The translations under genes were made by a program, and so were the position numbers. Below the pieces are notes generated by a model. It had not been told where the DNA came from. It ran no database searches and saw only the letters and a list, made by a program, of their open reading frames with translations. This document shows, in pieces, positions 9,616-18,637 of a stretch of DNA of 64,000 nt. Source of the DNA: Thermoproteota archaeon (GTDB lineage Archaea; Korarchaeota; Korarchaeia; B14-G2); the NCBI GenBank assembly GCA_037917675.1, contig JAVCBW010000005.1, positions 64,001 to 128,000 of the forward strand, read 5' to 3'. Position 1 is the stretch's first letter. Each line of letters begins with the position of its first letter.

Positions 9616-10323
9616 GTGAGAATCCTGATAGCTTACTCTGGTAGGTATGGTGAGAGAATAGTCCAAAACATAGCTAAGAGAGGGCCTAGACGCTGGAGCA
9701 TAGTGCCTATTGAGATCAGGCAAGCTCCTCACTTAGACTCTGACATCTATCCATATGTGCCTAAGGGGATCAAGAAGGCTGACCTCCTGGTTTCTCTCCT
9801 CGAGCAGGCTGAATCTGCTGCTCTGATACCTGCTGTGGCTGAGAAGGCTGAGGTGGATGCTGTGATAGCTCCAGTTGACAGCGATATCTGGATGCCTCAG
9901 GGGGAGATAAGAAGGGTACGTGAGGCTTTAGATGGAGTCTGCTGTGTTTTCCCAAGGCCATTCTGCTCTCTCATCCCAAGTGGACATAGGGTCATAGTAG
10001 AGTTTGCAGAGGTATTTGGGAGGCCAAAGCTCTCAGTACATGGAAGAGAACTTATAGAGGAGGTTGAAGTCATGAGGGGAGCACCCTGTGGAAGTACATG
10101 GCACGTTGCACAAAGGCTCATCGGGTGCTCACCTAAGGAAGCAGTACGTAAAGCTGCGTTACTACACCAGCTTTACCCCTGCATGGCTTCAGCTAAAGTA
10201 GACCCTATCTCTGGAGGAGATTCTCTCCTTCATATCTCAGCTAGGATTCTGATGAGAGAATTAGAGAAAGCCTTGATGGCAGCAGGTATGCTTGAAGAAA
10301 GCGTCCTTGAGAAAAGTAAATAA
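9616..10323 (+). CDS. DUF166 family protein
   Basis: PRPFCSL, FGRPK, RGAPCGSTW, YPC.AS motifs. Confidence 0.75.
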   Translation: MRILIAYSGRYGERIVQNIAKRGPRRWSIVPIEIRQAPHLDSDIYPYVPKGIKKADLLVSLLEQAESAALIPAVAEKAEVDAVIAPVDSDIWMPQGEIRRVREALDGVCCVFPRPFCSLIPSGHRVIVEFAEVFGRPKLSVHGRELIEEVEVMRGAPCGSTWHVAQRLIGCSPKEAVRKAALLHQLYPCMASAKVDPISGGDSLLHISARILMRELEKALMAAGMLEESVLEKSK

Positions 10324-10374
10324 GTGACATATCCCTTTTACTAAGGGGTCTCGCCGATCTACCAACATGACGGG

Positions 10375-11148
10375 ATGATTGGTGGTATCTTGGAGAACTC
10401 TCTGAAAGTCCTTGAAGCACTCAAGACGCTTGCAAAGCCTGAGTATGTGATAAGAGTTAATAGGCTGAGGAAGGAGTACCAGAAGCTATCTGAGAAGCTG
10501 GGGGTGCCTTTCTCAGAGCTCTACCACCACCATCTCGTGAAGCTAACTGAAGCAGGGTTGATAGACTGGAGGAAATCTGGCATTGAAGATATAATAGTGT
10601 TGAGAGGAGTCAAAGTAAGTGAGGAGAACATGGGTAAGATTGAGGAGAAGCCTCTAGCAAATAAAGGAATGCTCAAGATCATAAGCAAACTTGAGACAGC
10701 AGTTGAGGACTTGAGGAAGAGCAGGGAGAGGGATATTAGGCTCCTCAATGAGACTGTGCAGCTTGTTAAGCAGCTACAGCAGCAGATAACTAGGACAGCA
10801 GAGTATAGAGAGAAGATAGATAACCTCGAGAGGAAGCTTGGAGTCCTCAGCAGCGTGGCAAGCAGCCTCAGGAGGCTATCAGAGGAGCTTATGAGGATAG
10901 CAGAGGGCTATCCTACTAGAGAGGAGAAGGCTGCTGAAGTTGGAGTAGTCAAGAAGGCTAAGGCAGAGGAGATGAGAGAGACTGTGATGAAGGTGTTTGA
11001 GAGACATAAGGGAGAAAAGCTGAAGTACATGGATATAGCTAGAGAGGCTGGAATAGACCCGAAGTACCTTGGGAGGATACTTACATCACTTGTTAAGAAA
11101 GGCAAGCTGAAGAAAGTAGAGCTGGGGGTTTACAAGGCAGTCCAGTAG
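10375..11148 (+). CDS. Hypothetical DNA-binding protein: wHTH - coiled coil - wHTH
   Basis: HHLVKLTEAGLIDW (N-terminal wHTH-like), long heptad region, C-terminal DIAREAGIDPKYLGRILTSLVKKGKLKKVELGVY. Confidence 0.65.
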   Translation: MIGGILENSLKVLEALKTLAKPEYVIRVNRLRKEYQKLSEKLGVPFSELYHHHLVKLTEAGLIDWRKSGIEDIIVLRGVKVSEENMGKIEEKPLANKGMLKIISKLETAVEDLRKSRERDIRLLNETVQLVKQLQQQITRTAEYREKIDNLERKLGVLSSVASSLRRLSEELMRIAEGYPTREEKAAEVGVVKKAKAEEMRETVMKVFERHKGEKLKYMDIAREAGIDPKYLGRILTSLVKKGKLKKVELGVYKAVQ

Positions 11149-11167
11149 CTGCTGATAGGGATGAAGC

Positions 11168-12466
11168 TTGAAGACCCTGCTCTTAGTCTGCGATGGGCTT
11201 GGAGATAGGCCTGTGCGTGAGCTTGGAGGCAAGACTCCACTTGAATATGCAAGGCATCCGACCCTAGACTTCCTAGCTAACAGAGGAGACGCATATATTC
11301 TCCATCCAGTGAGGCCAGGGGTGCCTTCTGCTAGTGACATAGCTCATCTACACATTTTTGGATATGATACCGCTGTAGAGTACCCTGGTAGGGGTGTGTT
11401 TGAGGCCCTTGGAGCTGGAGCCAGCCTCCCTAAGGGGTCACTGGCCTTCAGGCTGAATCTGGCTACGGTAGAGCGTGACGGGAAGCTGCTCAGGGTTGTT
11501 GATAGGAGGGCAGGAAGAATACCTACCTGGCTGGCAGCTGAGCTGATTGAAAGCCTTAACAGAGAGCTGGAGGAGGTAGCTGGGTTTAGGTGTAGGTTCT
11601 ATTCGACAGTGGAGCATAGAGGGGTCTTGGTGATAGCTGGGGGGGATCTAAGCCCTCATATCACGAGCTGTGATCCCCATGAGGAGGGAAAGCCTCTTCT
11701 AAAGGTGAAGCCTGCTAGGAGGAAGGTGAGATACCCTTTTGACCCTGCTACGGCTGGGAAAACAGCTGAGGTTGTTAATGAAATCGTGATGAAAGCCCAT
11801 AGCGTGCTCAGCAAGCATCCCATCAACAGGAAGAGGAAGAAAGAGGGGAAGCCTCCAGCTAATGCTATCCTCCTCAGAGGAGCTGGGATAGCGTCTCAGT
11901 TAGAGAGCTTCACGAGGAGATGGGGTGTGAAAGCTGCTTGCATAGCTGGTGGAGCCATGTATAAGGGTATTGCTAAGGCTTTAGGGTTTGAGGTGCTGGA
12001 GGTAAAGGGGGCTACAGGGAGAGTTGACACAAACCTCAGAGCAAAGTTCTCTGCTGCCATTAAGGCATTATCTACACATGACTTCGTGTTCCTCCATGTG
12101 AAGGCAACAGACTCCCTATCACATGATAGGAAGCCTGTTGAGAAGGCTATGTTTATAGAGAGGATAGACTCTGAGCTAGCTCATGTAATTGAGGATCTGG
12201 GTGAAGTTGTCCTATGTGTAACAGGAGACCATACGACATCTAGCATGCTAGGGAAGCATACAGGCGACCCTGTGCCCATGGTAGTGTGGTATAGTGGAGC
12301 TAGAGGAGCTGGCTGTAGGTTTGATGAGAGGAGCATATTGTCTAGAGGCTTAGAGGTCTATGGCCTAGACCTCATGAGCATTTTGCTGAATGCAGCAGGC
12401 ATGCTTGAAGAGCTGGACTACGATGTTAGAGACGAGTCAGAGCCCCTTGAGCTCAGCTCTCCCTGA
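11168..12466 (+). CDS. apgM: Cofactor-independent phosphoglycerate mutase, archaeal type
   Basis: DGLGDRP, GKTPLEYA, SDIAHL, YPGRGVFEA, HVKATD..SHD, TGDHTT, HTGDPVP. Confidence 0.9.
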   Translation: MKTLLLVCDGLGDRPVRELGGKTPLEYARHPTLDFLANRGDAYILHPVRPGVPSASDIAHLHIFGYDTAVEYPGRGVFEALGAGASLPKGSLAFRLNLATVERDGKLLRVVDRRAGRIPTWLAAELIESLNRELEEVAGFRCRFYSTVEHRGVLVIAGGDLSPHITSCDPHEEGKPLLKVKPARRKVRYPFDPATAGKTAEVVNEIVMKAHSVLSKHPINRKRKKEGKPPANAILLRGAGIASQLESFTRRWGVKAACIAGGAMYKGIAKALGFEVLEVKGATGRVDTNLRAKFSAAIKALSTHDFVFLHVKATDSLSHDRKPVEKAMFIERIDSELAHVIEDLGEVVLCVTGDHTTSSMLGKHTGDPVPMVVWYSGARGAGCRFDERSILSRGLEVYGLDLMSILLNAAGMLEELDYDVRDESEPLELSSP

Positions 12467-12519
12467 GACATGAACTTAATTATAGGTAGCTCAGATAGTA
12501 CCTGGATGGTGTAACTGAG

Positions 12520-13347
12520 ATGAGAGTAGAGAAGAGTCATATGGAGGAGCCCACCAGGAGTTTAAGGAGAGAGCTTGGCATGTTCTCGCTAGAAGCCTAC
12601 AGGGAGATAAAGCTTAGGGAGGCTACTCTCCTGCACGGGCTTCCAGGGCTAGGGCTTGTTGGGAAGCTGGCTGTTGAAATGCTTATAGAGCACTTCTCAG
12701 CTGAGCCTGTAGCTAGGCTATACTCTGAATACATGTTTCTTCCAGATGGGAATGTTGGAGTAGGAGTACTAGAGGGAAAGGAGCTCTCTTACGTCACAAT
12801 AGACTTCTACTACACAGCTACCAGCTTGGGGAGAGAGCTCATATTGATGACTGCTCAGACCCAGCCAGTTAACTGGGGGCAGTATAGAACTCTACAGAAG
12901 GTGCTGGATCTCGCGAGATCCTGGGGAGTCACAAGGGTGATCTCGCTTGGAGGGTTCGCTACGGATATGGTTGGAGAGAGGAGGAAGGCCTATGTTGCAG
13001 CGAGTAGCAAGGTTCTCCTGAAGGAGTTCACGAAGTGTGGGGCTAGAGTGCTGCGGGGGGGATATGTGACGGGTGCATGTGGGCTGGTAGTTGGGATAGC
13101 TGCGATAAACGGCTTTGAGAGCGCGACCTTACTGGGAGAAACACTTGGCAGATACCCTGATCCAAAGGGGGCTAAGGCAGTCATAGATGTGCTTGATAAG
13201 ATGTATGGAATAGGGTTCAGAGCTGAGATCGTTGAGAAGAAGATCAAGGAAGTCGAGAAGACGCTTAAGCTGACTAGGGAGATGAGGGAGATAGTTTCTA
13301 GGAGAGAGGAGGCAGCTCAGAGGCCAGAGTACCCATATACTGTATGA
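12520..13347 (+). CDS. PAC2-family proteasome assembly chaperone, paralog 1
   Basis: GLPGLGLVGKLA, ISLGG, LLGET...PDP.GA; ends PEYPYTV. Confidence 0.85.
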   Translation: MRVEKSHMEEPTRSLRRELGMFSLEAYREIKLREATLLHGLPGLGLVGKLAVEMLIEHFSAEPVARLYSEYMFLPDGNVGVGVLEGKELSYVTIDFYYTATSLGRELILMTAQTQPVNWGQYRTLQKVLDLARSWGVTRVISLGGFATDMVGERRKAYVAASSKVLLKEFTKCGARVLRGGYVTGACGLVVGIAAINGFESATLLGETLGRYPDPKGAKAVIDVLDKMYGIGFRAEIVEKKIKEVEKTLKLTREMREIVSRREEAAQRPEYPYTV

Positions 13348-14102
13348 GGTGGGAAGTCTTGGAGAGCTGGGTTAAGACTATAAGATACAGCGACAAGATG
13401 TATAGGAGGCCAGTTATCGTAATAGGGTTCCCTGGAATAGGTCTTATAGGCCTTCAGGCTGTGAAATACATGGTTGAGAAGCTTGGTGCAGAGAAGGTTG
13501 CTGAAATATACTCTGAATACCTCTATCTCCAGGGCACGTCAACTGGGATCATAGTTAGGCCAGATGGCACATTCACCCTACCAAAGTATGCAATTTACGG
13601 GTATGATGGGACGCCAAACATGCTCTTAGTTGAAGCAGACACGCAGCCTGTTGCATGGGCAGTCTACAAGTCGCTGGATACAGTCTTCTCCTTCCTCAAG
13701 CAGTTTAACCCAGAAGGCGTGATAGTCCTCACCGGGTATAGCAGCCGTGCCGCGGGAGAGGTCTTTTATGTTGCTAGTTCAGGCTGGATGCTTGATAAGC
13801 TCAGGAAGCTGGGGATCAGTAGCAGAGCTAAAGTCGGCTCAATAATAATGGCAGCTGGCGCCAGCATAGTGCTCTCTAAGCTCTATGGCTGGCCTTGCAT
13901 ATCGCTCACAGCCTCAGCCAAGAGCGCGGTTGACATAGAGGGCACTAAAGCCATCATAGAGGTCCTATCTAAGCTCCTAGGGGTTAGCATAGAGCTAAGT
14001 GACTTAGATAAGATGGCTAAGGAAGCTGAAAGAGCTGAGATGGTGATAAAGCTCATCACACCCTCTACCTCACAAGAGGGTAGAGTGGACTACATACTCT
14101 GA
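13344..14102 (+). CDS. PAC2-family proteasome assembly chaperone, paralog 2
   Basis: GFPGIGLIG, EIYS, DTQP; ATGA overlap with paralog 1; ends RVDYIL. Confidence 0.8.
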   Translation: MRWEVLESWVKTIRYSDKMYRRPVIVIGFPGIGLIGLQAVKYMVEKLGAEKVAEIYSEYLYLQGTSTGIIVRPDGTFTLPKYAIYGYDGTPNMLLVEADTQPVAWAVYKSLDTVFSFLKQFNPEGVIVLTGYSSRAAGEVFYVASSGWMLDKLRKLGISSRAKVGSIIMAAGASIVLSKLYGWPCISLTASAKSAVDIEGTKAIIEVLSKLLGVSIELSDLDKMAKEAERAEMVIKLITPSTSQEGRVDYIL

Positions 14103-14111
14103 GGATGATAT

Positions 14112-15188
14112 ATGCTTGAAGGAGTAACTGTATGGATAGATATCACAACACCAAAGGACGTTAGGCTATTCAGGACCTTAGGGGAGGAGCTGACTAAGCT
14201 TGGAGCTATAGTCGAATATACTGCTAGAAGACACGGTGAGGTCATTAAGCTGATGAAGAAGTTTAAGATGAGCTATCATGTTGTAGGGAAGTATGGGGGA
14301 TGGAGGAAGCTAGATAAGCTCCTGTCTTCAAGCAAGAGGATAGAGAAGCTGGCAGCCCTCATGGGCAGGAGGAAACCTAGTGTCCATGTCTCCTTCTCCT
14401 CCCCAGAAGGCTGTAGAGTAGCCTTTGGCCTAGGAATACCGATAATATGCATCAATGACACACCTCATGCATACCACGTCGGTAAGCTCACGCTGCCGCT
14501 AGCAGACTACGTGGTGGCTCCAGCAGCAGTGCCAGTAGAGAAGCTTGAGGCTCTTGGAGCTAAGAGGAGCAGAATAGTGCAGTATGATGGAGTAGATGAA
14601 GTCGCATGGATGAGGCATGAGAAGCCTAATCCAGATGAGCTGCTTAAGCTAGGGATAGACCCTGATAGAAAGCTGGTTTTGGTGAGGCCAGAAGAAAGCT
14701 ATGCTGCATACCTTGAGAACATAGTGGATAGAGAGAAGATACATGTGGAGCCTGTTATAGAGGTTGCTATAAGCCGAGAGGACTGTGAGGTAGTTTTCCT
14801 TCCAAGATATGATGAGCAAGCTAGGTTGGTTAGGAGACGCTATAGGGGGAAAGTGAAGACTCCTCGGAGCTTAGTTGACACAGCAAGCATCTACAGCTTT
14901 TGCGCTCTAGTGGTGAGTGGGGGAGGAACCATGGCTAGAGAAGCAGCTCTGGTGGGAATACCTTCGATATGCTGTTTTCCAGGAGGAGAACTTGATGTCA
15001 ATAGGTTCCTTGTTGAAAGAGGATTTCCAATATGGCATGCCTCAAGCTACTATCAGGCTGCTGGGATAGCTGAGAAGATCTTAGACGCACCTTCACGCTT
15101 CAGAGTAAACACCGAAGGAGCTTTAGCTGAGCTTGAGGACCCTATCCCAGTGCTAGTCAAGCTTATTGAAAAAGTGTCTTCTAGCTAG
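14112..15188 (+). CDS. DUF354 family GT-B-fold protein
   Basis: WIDITTPK, VAFGLGIP, DTPHA, RPEE..A.Y, GGGTMAREAALVG.P. Confidence 0.85.
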   Translation: MLEGVTVWIDITTPKDVRLFRTLGEELTKLGAIVEYTARRHGEVIKLMKKFKMSYHVVGKYGGWRKLDKLLSSSKRIEKLAALMGRRKPSVHVSFSSPEGCRVAFGLGIPIICINDTPHAYHVGKLTLPLADYVVAPAAVPVEKLEALGAKRSRIVQYDGVDEVAWMRHEKPNPDELLKLGIDPDRKLVLVRPEESYAAYLENIVDREKIHVEPVIEVAISREDCEVVFLPRYDEQARLVRRRYRGKVKTPRSLVDTASIYSFCALVVSGGGTMAREAALVGIPSICCFPGGELDVNRFLVERGFPIWHASSYYQAAGIAEKILDAPSRFRVNTEGALAELEDPIPVLVKLIEKVSSS

Positions 15189-16133
15189 ATCACTCCACCT
15201 TTCACGCTTCCAGACATTGGTCCTCTCTGAAACCTTTCCAAGTAGATAGCAGGCTAGAAGCGGCAGGGTGACTGTAGCATCTCCTTCTACTGTGACAGCC
15301 TTAGCACTAGGCTTTATCTTACCCCAGCTGACAGCTTCACGAGGATAGGCTCCTGACAGGCTTCCATCCCACTCTACAGCAGTAGTCATGTAGATAGCGT
15401 AGTCTAAGCCTCCCTTGAACTGGTTCCACCATATGAGATGGTGCTTTGATATACCTCCTCCAATCACAAGGCCACCGCTCCTCTCCAGCTCAAAGGCTAT
15501 CGAGAATAAGAACCTCATGTCTGCTATCAGGTCAAGCTTCACTCCTCCTGTGACTGCAAGCGCTGTACCGAATGCTGAATCAAGGATGCCAGGGCTAAAC
15601 ACGGGAACCTTAGCATCTGAGGCAGCCTTGAGGATGGAGTTTTGGTCTTCTATCAGGCTTCCAGCCTCTAGCAAGAGCTTTGAAGCTGAGACCTCGCCTT
15701 TGACCCTATCAGCGAGCTTCCTGACGAAATTCTCGATAGGGATACCATAGCTCTCCTGTGGTATGAAGACGTTACCAAGCCTGTATATGCCAGCTTCCCG
15801 GAGCTGTGAGTCATCTGCCTCAAAGAACCCACAGTAGTACTTGTGCTCTGCTCTAGCTATGTCATGGTCTATAGCTCCTCCAGTTGTTATGACAGCATCA
15901 ATGAAGCCTCTTCTTATGAGCTGAGATATGACTCCACGAATACCTGTTGCAACCAGGTTTCCAGTGAAGGACATGAATATGAAGCATCTGGGATCAGATG
16001 CCATCTCAACAGCTATCTCAGCTGCCTGAGCTAGCTTCCTAGAGGTGAAGCCACCAGCCTTGCTCCAGTAGCCTATGAGGTCTATAACCCTCAGCGATGA
16101 GCTGACCTCATAATCCCTGACTTCAGGTAGCAT
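15153..16133 (-). CDS. dys: Deoxyhypusine synthase
   Basis: FTGNLVATG, GGGISKHH, DGSLSGA, EAVSWGK with active-site Lys. Confidence 0.95.
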   Translation of the reverse strand: MLPEVRDYEVSSSLRVIDLIGYWSKAGGFTSRKLAQAAEIAVEMASDPRCFIFMSFTGNLVATGIRGVISQLIRRGFIDAVITTGGAIDHDIARAEHKYYCGFFEADDSQLREAGIYRLGNVFIPQESYGIPIENFVRKLADRVKGEVSASKLLLEAGSLIEDQNSILKAASDAKVPVFSPGILDSAFGTALAVTGGVKLDLIADMRFLFSIAFELERSGGLVIGGGISKHHLIWWNQFKGGLDYAIYMTTAVEWDGSLSGAYPREAVSWGKIKPSAKAVTVEGDATVTLPLLACYLLGKVSERTNVWKRERWSDLARRHFFNKLD

Positions 16134-16167
16134 GAGCGGATACAGGAATCATAGCATTTGAAGCTTA

Positions 16168-16370
16168 TGTCAGCTATGCTATAAGCGGCCTATGAGAGCA
16201 GGCTATTGAAATGTGAAAGATGTAATTCTTAGATAGAGACGTTGTAGCTGTATTAAACCTTCAGATGGGACTCTGGATTACCCTAAAGCCCTATTAGAGC
16301 ATTTAAGCTCGATTATAGGGAAGTAGTTGGTAGAACAAGGCTCACATACGTCTATAAAAGTCTACCAACC
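16168..16370 (+). mobile_element. Degenerate 3' remnant of an IS200/IS605 TnpB gene with a downstream hairpin
   Basis: Across two frameshifts: CQLC / AAYESRLLKCERCNS / DRDVVAVLNLQMG (zinc ribbon plus RuvC-III-like DRD..A..N); inverted repeat GTTGGTAGA (16326-34) / TCTACCAAC (16361-69). Confidence 0.65.
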
Positions 16371-16394
16371 GTGAACCCCTTAGAGGATGGTGGC

Positions 16395-17117
16395 ATGGTG
16401 TTCATACACTATATCGCTAGAGCAGCCCTAGGTGATGTAGACTGGTGGGTGCATAGGAGGTTCATAAAGTATGGGAGAGGAACATTTCCTGGACCTGCTT
16501 TCGAGGCTACCGTACGCGGGAAGAATGCTACCCTGAGATCTAGCTTTGAGCTCGAAGACCTGGTAGGCTGGGCTACCTTTAAGGCTGCAGCTGAAGCTAA
16601 GGTCTCTGTTAAGGGGCTTATATACGGCTATAGGGACTTCAGCGACGTGCTAGCTGAGATGGGATTTAGGGGGAGTGTAAGGAAGTCTGAGAGGGGGATG
16701 TTTAAGGCTGAGCTAGAGCTAGATGAGGTAGATGCCTGGAAGCTGGTAGAGCTATATGAGAAGACAAGCCCTCAGTGCATCATACTGCTTAGTGCGAAGC
16801 CTATTAGCTCAGCAGTCCCAAAGCTTACAGTAAAGAAGAAGATACCTAGACCACTGGTCGACGAGCTTAAGGTCGACTTTGCTGTCGGAAGAACTAGAGC
16901 AGAAGGCATCCACACACTGGTCTCAGAGGCCTTGATCCCAGACCTAGAGCCCAAGGCTTTCAGAAAGATGAGCTGCAAATACACACTAAGAGTCATGAAG
17001 ATACTGCCGCCTGAGCAAGGTGATATAAGGCTAGACTCGAAGAGAGAAGTAGAGATAGTCCGAGAGATTGAAGTGGATGGCGTGAAAAGGGTCGACAGCT
17101 TCAGCTGTATAGTATAA
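16395..17117 (+). CDS. Conserved hypothetical protein
   Basis: Long ORF with host-like codon usage; VHRRFIKYGRGTF.GP motif recalled from uncharacterised archaeal proteins. Confidence 0.7.
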   Translation: MVFIHYIARAALGDVDWWVHRRFIKYGRGTFPGPAFEATVRGKNATLRSSFELEDLVGWATFKAAAEAKVSVKGLIYGYRDFSDVLAEMGFRGSVRKSERGMFKAELELDEVDAWKLVELYEKTSPQCIILLSAKPISSAVPKLTVKKKIPRPLVDELKVDFAVGRTRAEGIHTLVSEALIPDLEPKAFRKMSCKYTLRVMKILPPEQGDIRLDSKREVEIVREIEVDGVKRVDSFSCIV

Positions 17118-17150
17118 GGAACTTTAAGGTTCAGGTGGAGCTGGGGGTCG

Positions 17151-17759
17151 GTGCTAAGCTTGGAGGTAGAAGTCAAGACGCCTATAAGTGAGGGTGAGAT
17201 ACGGAAGCTGAAGGTCGGAGACACGCTATACGTAACTGGGACAGTGGTTACTGCAAGAGATCAAGCTCACAGAAGAGCTCTGGAGTATGTTAGGGTGGGG
17301 AAGAGGCTTCCAGTAGACTTCAGAGGGATAGCTGTCTACCACTGTGGGCCTATAGTCAGGCGGGTAGGTGAAGCATGGGAGGTAGTCTCAGCTGGCCCAA
17401 CTACGTCGAAGAGAATGGAGATGTTTGAGTACGACTTCATAGAGAAGCTTGGAGTGAGAGTTGTGATAGGGAAAGGGGGGATGGGAGATAGAACTGCAGA
17501 GGCCTGCAGGAAGTTCGGTGCAGTCTATGCAGCATTCACAGGAGGAGCAGGCGTACTGGCTGCTAAGGCCATAAAAAGAGTTGTAGGGGTCTACTGGGAC
17601 GACTTAGGCATGCCTGAGGCTCTATGGGTATTTGAAGTAGAGAAATTCGGCCCCCTCACTGTAGCTATAGACTCAGGTGGACGTAACATGTTCAAGGAGG
17701 CTCAGAAGAGGACAGCTGAGAAGCGAGAGAAAGCGCTGAAAGCTCTTGAGGTGATTTAA
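17151..17759 (+). CDS. Fe-S fumarate hydratase / tartrate dehydratase beta subunit
   Basis: TARDQAH, YHCGP, AGPTTS.RM, IGKGGM, LGMPEA. Confidence 0.93.
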   Translation: MLSLEVEVKTPISEGEIRKLKVGDTLYVTGTVVTARDQAHRRALEYVRVGKRLPVDFRGIAVYHCGPIVRRVGEAWEVVSAGPTTSKRMEMFEYDFIEKLGVRVVIGKGGMGDRTAEACRKFGAVYAAFTGGAGVLAAKAIKRVVGVYWDDLGMPEALWVFEVEKFGPLTVAIDSGGRNMFKEAQKRTAEKREKALKALEVI

Positions 17760-18635
17760 GTGGACCTCGAGGGTATAGTGAAGAGTACAGCCAAGACCTT
17801 GCTTAAGCTATCAGCTACAGTACTGCCACCTAGTGTTGAGAGAGCTCTGAGAGAGGCATATGAAAAGACCCCGGAGGGACCTGGTAAAGTGCAGCTTAGA
17901 GCTATAATAGAGAACATAGAGGCTGCTAAGAGGCTTGAGAAGCCTATATGCCAGGATACAGGGATAGTATCATTCTACCTGAGAGTTGGAGACGAGTTCC
18001 CAATCAAAAGCAGTCTAAAGCGGATCTTGACAGAGGCTACTGCAGAGGCTACAAGAGAAGTACCTCTCAGACCTAATGCTGTCGAGATACTAGGGGCAAA
18101 TACAGGAGATAACACAGGGACAAATATACCTTGGATCATTACAGAGCTAGTTGAGGGAGACTACATCGAGATAACCGCCTTTCCAAAGGGAGGTGGTTCA
18201 ACAAACGTGTCCCAGGTGAAGATGCTGAGCCCAGGGCTGGGGATGAAAGGTATATTGACCTTCTACATTGATAGCCTAGTGAGCGCAGGAGCTGCTGGAT
18301 GCCCACCATACTTCGTTGGAGTAGGGGTGGGAGGAGGAGAGAACATCTGTGTTGAGCTAGCTAAAAAGGCTCTGCTTAGGCCTGTAGGTGTGAGGGCTAG
18401 AGGAGAGCTTGGGAAGCTGGAGGAGAAGATGATTGAGGCAGGAAACCTCCTGGAGATAGGTGTCATGGGGACAGGAGAAGGACCGACTGTCTTAAATGTC
18501 GCAGTTGAAACAGCCTGTAGGCATCCAGCTTCGCTTCCAGTAGCTATTGTATTTAGCTGCTGGGCACTGAGGTACTCTAAAGCTAGAGTAGCTAAAAGTG
18601 GGGAGGTAGAGTACCTGACTCATGAGGTGAGCTAG
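17760..18635 (+). CDS. Fe-S fumarate hydratase / tartrate dehydratase alpha subunit
   Basis: PICQDTG, PLRPNAV, PKGGGS.N, GCPP, HPASLPV...CWA. Confidence 0.93.
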   Translation: MDLEGIVKSTAKTLLKLSATVLPPSVERALREAYEKTPEGPGKVQLRAIIENIEAAKRLEKPICQDTGIVSFYLRVGDEFPIKSSLKRILTEATAEATREVPLRPNAVEILGANTGDNTGTNIPWIITELVEGDYIEITAFPKGGGSTNVSQVKMLSPGLGMKGILTFYIDSLVSAGAAGCPPYFVGVGVGGGENICVELAKKALLRPVGVRARGELGKLEEKMIEAGNLLEIGVMGTGEGPTVLNVAVETACRHPASLPVAIVFSCWALRYSKARVAKSGEVEYLTHEVS

Positions 18636-18637
18636 CG

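Noticed and set aside
16203-16212. CTATTGAAAT resembling an archaeal CRISPR repeat 3' end (similar at 41642-50)
   Set aside because: Isolated, with no regularly spaced repeats and no cas genes. At 16.2 kb it is part of the TnpB remnant coding sequence.
17151-18635. Fumarase beta and alpha genes in the same frame, separated only by TAA (possible readthrough fusion)
   Set aside because: The alpha gene has its own strong SD (GAGGTGA) before GTG, and two-subunit organisation is normal in archaea.
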